A stretch of 64,000 nucleotides of DNA, from positions 288,001 to 352,000 of the forward strand of contig CAXXMV010000008.1 in assembly GCA_963662285.2 (NCBI GenBank). Reading direction: 5' to 3'. The notes under the pieces are model-generated. The model saw only the letters and a list, made by a program, of their open reading frames with translations, was not told where the DNA came from and ran no database searches. Positions 58,995 to 64,000 of the stretch are shown here, one piece after another. The number at the start of each line of letters is the position of its first letter. The stretch's first letter is position 1. Source of the stretch: a bacterium. GTDB lineage: Bacteria > Hinthialibacterota > Hinthialibacteria > Hinthialibacterales > Hinthialibacteraceae. The position numbers and the translations under genes were made by a program.

Positions 58995-59905
58995 CAGTAT
59001 CATCTAAAAAACTAGCCGCATTACTGACGGAACAGCGCAATCCCAGGTCGATGAATATTGATCGAATGTCGACCCGGGAAATTGTTGAACTGATTCACAG
59101 CGAAGATATTAAAGCCTACCAGGCCATTAAACCGGCTTTACCGGAAATCGAGCAAGCCATAGACCATGTTGTCCACGCCTTCGAACAGGGAGGCCGTCTG
59201 ATTTATGTAGGCGCAGGAACCAGCGGTCGATTAGGCGTACTGGACGCCAGTGAGTGTCCGCCTACTTTCGGAGTTGATCCGGAAATGGTGCAAGGCGTAA
59301 TTGCCGGCGGTTGGCTGGCCTTGCGCCGTTCGGTTGAACATGCTGAAGACCATCCAGCAGATGGCGCTCAGGAAATAATCGACCGCCAGGTCTCAAACCG
59401 GGACGTGGTATGCGGCATCGCCGCATCCAGCACAACTCCATTCGTTTTCGGGGCGCTGGCAGAAGCTCATAATCGAGGCGCCAAAACGCTCTTCATCACC
59501 TGCAACGCCTGCCCTGAAGCAATAACTGACATAGATGTAATCATTTCTCTGATCGTCGGCCCGGAACTGATTACCGGATCAACCCGCATGAAATGCGGCA
59601 CGGCGACCAAAATGGTATTGAATATGCTTACTTCCACCGCCATGATACGCATCGGCAAAGTCTTCCATAATCTTATGGTAGACCTTAACGCCACCTGCAA
59701 TAAACTGGATAACCGATCAAGAAGAATCATAGCTGAACTGACTGATCTGGATTATGATCAGGCCGATAACCTGATAAAAAACGCTAATGGAAGAGTCAAA
59801 ACCGCATTAGTCATGCATCTTTGCGGACTGAATCGCGAAAAAGCTGAAGAAATCATAGCAAAAAACCATGGACGAATACAGAACGTGATTTCTGATGATT
59901 TGTAA
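58991..59905 (+). CDS. murQ: N-acetylmuramic acid 6-phosphate etherase
   Basis: TEQRNPRS, GAGTSGRLGVLDASECPPTFG, GPELITGSTRMKCGTATK. Confidence 0.95.
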   Translation: MTVSSKKLAALLTEQRNPRSMNIDRMSTREIVELIHSEDIKAYQAIKPALPEIEQAIDHVVHAFEQGGRLIYVGAGTSGRLGVLDASECPPTFGVDPEMVQGVIAGGWLALRRSVEHAEDHPADGAQEIIDRQVSNRDVVCGIAASSTTPFVFGALAEAHNRGAKTLFITCNACPEAITDIDVIISLIVGPELITGSTRMKCGTATKMVLNMLTSTAMIRIGKVFHNLMVDLNATCNKLDNRSRRIIAELTDLDYDQADNLIKNANGRVKTALVMHLCGLNREKAEEIIAKNHGRIQNVISDDL

Positions 59906-59924
59906 ACTCTGTAAATTGACTATA

Positions 59925-59953
59925 TTGCTTTCATTTTTAGAATGTGGTATAGT
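59925..59953 (+). promoter_or_regulatory. Putative sigma-70 promoter for the fliA cluster
   Basis: TTGCTT-N17-TATAGT with TGn extension. Confidence 0.5.
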
Positions 59954-60086
59954 AAATTTATAATTATGCGCCTATTTACTAAAATCGAAGTTACTTAAGG
60001 TATTATTCTTTTTAAGTATGTGTTTATAATAAAAGGATTAAGATAGGAAATAATCTGATTCTCATTCTATCCGGGAAATAAATATT

Positions 60087-60551
60087 ATGGATAAACGCAA
60101 GTTATATAAAGATGTAGCTCGCGTCAAAAAGCAGTTATTCGCTGCAACTGCTTTCACCGGATTCTTATTAGTTACTTTAACAACATTAATTACCCAGGGA
60201 AATAATTTCTTTCTTGTATTTCGCAATGCATCAATATCGATTTTATTTTTTGGCTTCCTAGGCTATGTGTGGAGTAGAATTTATGAAAAAACCACCGAAG
60301 GGCCATTGGTTGAATCATACCGCATGGAAGCTATGGAGCGAATCGAAGACTTAAAAAGTTCTGGTGGAAAAATGGTCGCCCTGGATGTCGCCACCTCTGA
60401 ACTTAGTGCGGGTATGAAGGTTATCAACGAAGTGAAAAGTTCTGAAGGCGCTTCTCTAGTCCGCAAAGGCGCCATTCTGAACGATAGAATGATCACTGTC
60501 CTTAAAGAGCACAATATTCAACAGATTAAAGTCGAAGCAAGGCATGGCTGA
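60087..60551 (+). CDS. Two-TM membrane protein with a small C-terminal domain resembling HD-GYP N-termini
   Basis: Two TM segments; ELSAGMKV...LVRKGAILNDRMITVLKEHNIQQIKV. Confidence 0.7.
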   Translation: MDKRKLYKDVARVKKQLFAATAFTGFLLVTLTTLITQGNNFFLVFRNASISILFFGFLGYVWSRIYEKTTEGPLVESYRMEAMERIEDLKSSGGKMVALDVATSELSAGMKVINEVKSSEGASLVRKGAILNDRMITVLKEHNIQQIKVEARHG

Positions 60552-60650
60552 ATTCGTATGTTAATAATTAGTTTGTATACTATAGATTCGCAGAACATAA
60601 TAACCCCCAAGAGTATACGGGAATGGATATAGCCATTACGGGCGATTTTC

Positions 60651-61463
60651 ATGCGCTATTACAATAGTTATAAAGAAAAAATATCTCCTGAAGAAGAAAA
60701 ACTGCTCTGGGCGGAATTTGTCGAAAAGCGTAATCAGGACGCTCGCGACAAATTAGCGGAGAAATATATTCATCTAGTCAAATACGTTATTAACCGAATG
60801 TTAGCTGTATCCCACATTGAGAGTGAAGTATTGGATTATGACGATCTCTACTCCTGCGGCGTCATTGGTCTGCTGGCGGCAATTGACGGATTCGACCTGA
60901 CTCGTGAAGTTAAGTTCATCACATATGCCATCCCCAGAATCAAAGGCGCAATCATTGATGAACTACGATCTGTGGATTGGATTCCACGCTCTCTACGCCA
61001 GCAAGTCAACAAATTACAAAATGCCTACGCCACGCTCGAGAGCGAGTTGATGCGGCCGGCGAACGAAATAGAACTATCTGAAAAATTAGAGATTAATATT
61101 GACGAGTTACACGAACTTATTCATCATGCCAGCCGATCTGCACTGCTATCAATGGATGAAGTACTACGCATTTCCAACGATGGAAGCACCACCAGAGCAG
61201 AAATGACCCCTTCGCGTAAAATCGATGATCCCCGCCGTTCAATCCACCAGGAAGAGATCATCGAACTGCTGGCTCAGGCCATAGAAAATCTCCCTGATAA
61301 AGAACGCCTTGTCGTGGTAATGTATTATAATGAAGAATTAACCCTGCGGGAAATCGGAGAAGTACTGCAAGTGACCGAATCCCGCGTTTGCCAATTACAT
61401 ACAAAAGCCATGCTGAGATTACGCGGAAGATTAACTGAGTGGCAGCAGGATTTAGTGGTATAA
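60651..61463 (+). CDS. fliA: RNA polymerase sigma-28 (FliA/WhiG)
   Basis: KFITYAIPRIKGAIIDELRSVDWIPRS, LTLREIGEVLQVTESRVCQLH. Confidence 0.95.
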   Translation: MRYYNSYKEKISPEEEKLLWAEFVEKRNQDARDKLAEKYIHLVKYVINRMLAVSHIESEVLDYDDLYSCGVIGLLAAIDGFDLTREVKFITYAIPRIKGAIIDELRSVDWIPRSLRQQVNKLQNAYATLESELMRPANEIELSEKLEINIDELHELIHHASRSALLSMDEVLRISNDGSTTRAEMTPSRKIDDPRRSIHQEEIIELLAQAIENLPDKERLVVVMYYNEELTLREIGEVLQVTESRVCQLHTKAMLRLRGRLTEWQQDLVV

Positions 61464-61512
61464 TAAACACTACTCTTAATCTCACAGAACCAATTTCTGG
61501 GGGAGGTCTATC

Positions 61513-61842
61513 ATGGGCGTAGCCGATTTCCAAAATCCTTTGGCTAATATGCCGATCATGCAGCAGATGCAAGAGTCTCAGAATCAGCAGACTCAATCTA
61601 TCCCGATTATTATGGCCAAGGAAGCTGAAGAAGAGAAACGTGAGCAACTTCAAACTGTTCAAGACGCTAAAGAACAGGAAGAAAAGGATAAAATCAACGA
61701 AGAGGATGTTGACCGTGAAAGCCGGGCCAGAAATCCTCTGAAAAAACGGGCTAAAAAGGGCGCTTCTCAAGAAGACGAATCCAAAGAGGAAACGCGGTTA
61801 AGTGATGGCATTCATGGGACTCGTTTTGATGTTCAAGTTTAA
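61513..61842 (+). CDS. Charged hypothetical protein with C-terminal G-x-x-FDVQV motif
   Basis: GGGAGG RBS; Q/E-rich; follows fliA. Confidence 0.7.
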   Translation: MGVADFQNPLANMPIMQQMQESQNQQTQSIPIIMAKEAEEEKREQLQTVQDAKEQEEKDKINEEDVDRESRARNPLKKRAKKGASQEDESKEETRLSDGIHGTRFDVQV

Positions 61843-61963
61843 TCGTTAGTTTTTAATAAGTGGATATATCATATTACAAATATTTGTTTTTATTTAATTT
61901 ATACTATTTGGGTTCAGATTAATTATCAGGTCAGTATTCTGACAATTACGGTTGAGGATAAAC

Positions 61964-62440
61964 ATGTCTATGTTCGATTATTGCTTCATTGTAATCGTCC
62001 TGATTCTTTGTTATTGGATATTCCAATTAAAGAAAGAAATCGAGCGGATTTCTGATGAAAGCGCTCATAAACCTCCCGAAACGCCATCCTTAACCATTCA
62101 TGATATGAAAATGCTTCAGTCATCTTTGGCTGAACTTGTTCAAGATGTTGAGCAATATACCGAATCTCAATTAAAAAAAATGTCCTTTCAAAGTCAAACT
62201 CTCCAATTATTGTGTCAAAGACTGGAAAAGAAGATGAAAGAAATTGAGGAACCTCCCGCTCCAGTTACTCAAATGTCTTCAACTCGAGTAGTTCCCCTAT
62301 CTTCAAAACAGAACTTTTCTAAGCACAAAGACCGGGACAAGATAATTGAACTATATAAAAAGGGCTGGCCGGAAGAAAAAATTGCTGAAGAACTGCGCAT
62401 CACTAAAGGTGAAGTCCAATTGATCGTGAATCTGGCTTAA
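61964..62440 (+). CDS. Membrane-anchored coiled-coil protein with C-terminal HTH (DUF2802/DUF6115-like, flagellar-cluster type)
   Basis: N-terminal TM; IIELYKKGWPEEKIAEELRITKGEVQLIVNL. Confidence 0.75.
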   Translation: MSMFDYCFIVIVLILCYWIFQLKKEIERISDESAHKPPETPSLTIHDMKMLQSSLAELVQDVEQYTESQLKKMSFQSQTLQLLCQRLEKKMKEIEEPPAPVTQMSSTRVVPLSSKQNFSKHKDRDKIIELYKKGWPEEKIAEELRITKGEVQLIVNLA

Positions 62441-62506
62441 GAGCAATACCAAAGGGAGAAGGAATATCCGGGCGCCCAACATATTTCACAAGAACGTTAA
62501 TATCAT

Positions 62507-62531
62507 GTAGGGGTAACTCTTGTGGTTACCC
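62507..62531 (+). repeat. GTAG-type REP-like palindrome
   Basis: GTAGGGGTAACTCTTGTGGTTACCC. Confidence 0.6.
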
Positions 62532-62592
62532 GGTTGGGGATTTCCCGTTTTGCATGAAGTGATTCAAGGACAATACAGAAAAGAATTGATTT

Positions 62593-63687
62593 ATGAACAT
62601 TGAAGATATCGAAGTAAAAATACAAAAATCAGAAAGAATTAACGAAGAGGAAGCGCTCTTTCTATTTAACTCCACCGATATCCATGCGCTGGGTCGTATG
62701 GCGGAAATAGTGCGCCAAAGATGGAATCAAAACACGGTTTATTATGTGGTTAACCGGCATATCAATTATAGCAATGTTTGTATGGATAACTGTAAATTCT
62801 GCGCTTTCTCAAAAAAAGAGGGACAACCGCAATCCTTTACCTACTCCATTGATGAAATGCTGCAAAAAGCCGAAGAAGGCGCCAGTAAAGGAGCGGTTGA
62901 GTTCCACATCGTTGGCGGGCTGCATCCTGAACTGCCTTACTCATATTATGTGGACCTGCTTCGCGCTTTAAAATCCGGCTTTCCTGACGTACATCTAAAA
63001 TGCTTTACTGCTGTGGAAATCTCTCATCTGGCGAATATTTCAGGAAAAACAATCATAGAGGTTTTACGCGACCTGATTAGCGCTGGTTTGGGTTCCCTGC
63101 CTGGTGGAGGAGCTGAGATGTTCGCCCAAAGGGTGCGCAATAGAGTATGTCCGGACAAACTATATGTTGAAGAATGGAAAGAGGTTCACCGCACCGCTCA
63201 TGGCATGGGCATTAAAAGCAACGCCACCATGCTTTACGGACACATTGAAACGCCGGAAGAGATTATCGACCATCTATCGCACCTACGGCCTTTACAAGAT
63301 GAAACCAAGGGCTTTATGACCTTCATTCCCCTAAGGTTTCAATCAAGAAATACGCGGCTTGAAGGCGTAATGTGCTCCGGGATTAAAGATTTACATGTAC
63401 ATGCGGTTTCACGTATTTATCTTGATAATTTTCCTCACATCAAATCCTATTGGACTATGCTGGGCGTTAAAACCGCACAGGTAATGCTGCGCTTCGGCGC
63501 CGACGATTTCGACGGGACCGTTATTGACGAGAAGATTGTTCACATGGCCGGTTCAACCTCTCCCAGCGTGATGCGCGTATCAAATATCCGCAGGCTGATC
63601 GCAGAAGCAGGCCGTGATCCTATCGAGCGCGATACGCTATTCAATCCGATCATACGGGATAAACCGCTTCCCAGCGCTATCGCATAG
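62593..63687 (+). CDS. mqnE: Aminofutalosine synthase (CofH/MqnE radical SAM)
   Basis: NRHINYSNVCMDNCKFCAF, HIVGGLHP, LPGGGAE, SNATMLYGHIET, DNFPHIKSYW, FGADDFDGT..EKIVHMAG. Confidence 0.85.
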   Translation: MNIEDIEVKIQKSERINEEEALFLFNSTDIHALGRMAEIVRQRWNQNTVYYVVNRHINYSNVCMDNCKFCAFSKKEGQPQSFTYSIDEMLQKAEEGASKGAVEFHIVGGLHPELPYSYYVDLLRALKSGFPDVHLKCFTAVEISHLANISGKTIIEVLRDLISAGLGSLPGGGAEMFAQRVRNRVCPDKLYVEEWKEVHRTAHGMGIKSNATMLYGHIETPEEIIDHLSHLRPLQDETKGFMTFIPLRFQSRNTRLEGVMCSGIKDLHVHAVSRIYLDNFPHIKSYWTMLGVKTAQVMLRFGADDFDGTVIDEKIVHMAGSTSPSVMRVSNIRRLIAEAGRDPIERDTLFNPIIRDKPLPSAIA

Positions 63688-63755
63688 GTGTTTAATAATT
63701 GGATTTAGGCATATTCTAGATATCAGGTATTGTCAAATATATAAAGGCGAGTTAT

Positions 63756-64000
63756 ATGGCCGAATTACCTTCAGCATTAAAAGATATCGAACTACTCATT
63801 CTGGATATGGATGGCGTTATAACCAGCGAGGCCGCTTATTGGGACGTGGCCGGTCTGGTAGTGCGTGATATACTGGAAAGCCCGGCTTATTTACGGCTCA
63901 GTCCACCTGATTACACGCCAATCGCAGATATTTTTTATCAACGCTTAAGACGCTGTTCTCGTTCTGAACGGCGGAAATACCTTCCTCCCGGGCTGATTAG
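63756..64000 (+). CDS. HAD-family hydrolase, partial (runs off the window)
   Basis: Manual translation MAELPSALKDIELLILDMDGVITSEAAYW; DxDG motif; frame open to the end of the window. Confidence 0.75.
   Translation, partial: MAELPSALKDIELLILDMDGVITSEAAYWDVAGLVVRDILESPAYLRLSPPDYTPIADIFYQRLRRCSRSERRKYLPPGLI

Noticed and set aside
61258-61770. 170-aa hydrophobic antisense ORF
   Set aside because: Mirror of the Glu/Lys-rich sense gene and the end of fliA
499-63319. Many short alternative-frame and antisense ORFs in the track
   Set aside because: They overlap well-supported genes and lack motifs; treated as shadow ORFs
63614-63868. 84-aa ORF in the track
   Set aside because: Overlaps mqnE; the HAD frame starting at 63756 is better supported
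1-64000. CRISPR array, rRNA or tRNA genes
   Set aside because: No regularly spaced direct repeats or recognisable RNA gene signatures seen by eye; a covariance search was not possible

Overview
Bacterial chromosomal window, mostly housekeeping and metabolic genes: mutS2, tmk, moxR, gldA, sbcD, a short recD2, three hsp20 genes, rne/rng, murQ, namZ, fliA and mqnE. It also holds a glycan-modification cluster with two B12-binding radical SAM enzymes, several large secreted proteins, one complete ISL3 with an 8-bp target duplication, and several families of short intergenic palindromic or MITE-like repeats. I saw no rRNA, tRNA or CRISPR array. The most notable items are (1) an AT-rich, tightly coupled three-gene cassette after mutS2 (AAA+/STAND-like ATPase, degenerate partner, HPxxHxH protein) that looks like an uncharacterised defence or conflict system, and (2) a shared C-terminal V-x-D-W-x-(V/L)-Y tail on unrelated secreted proteins, which may be an undescribed sorting signal. 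Near-consensus sigma-28 and sigma-54 promoters are also visible. All family calls come from motif recognition, not database searches.
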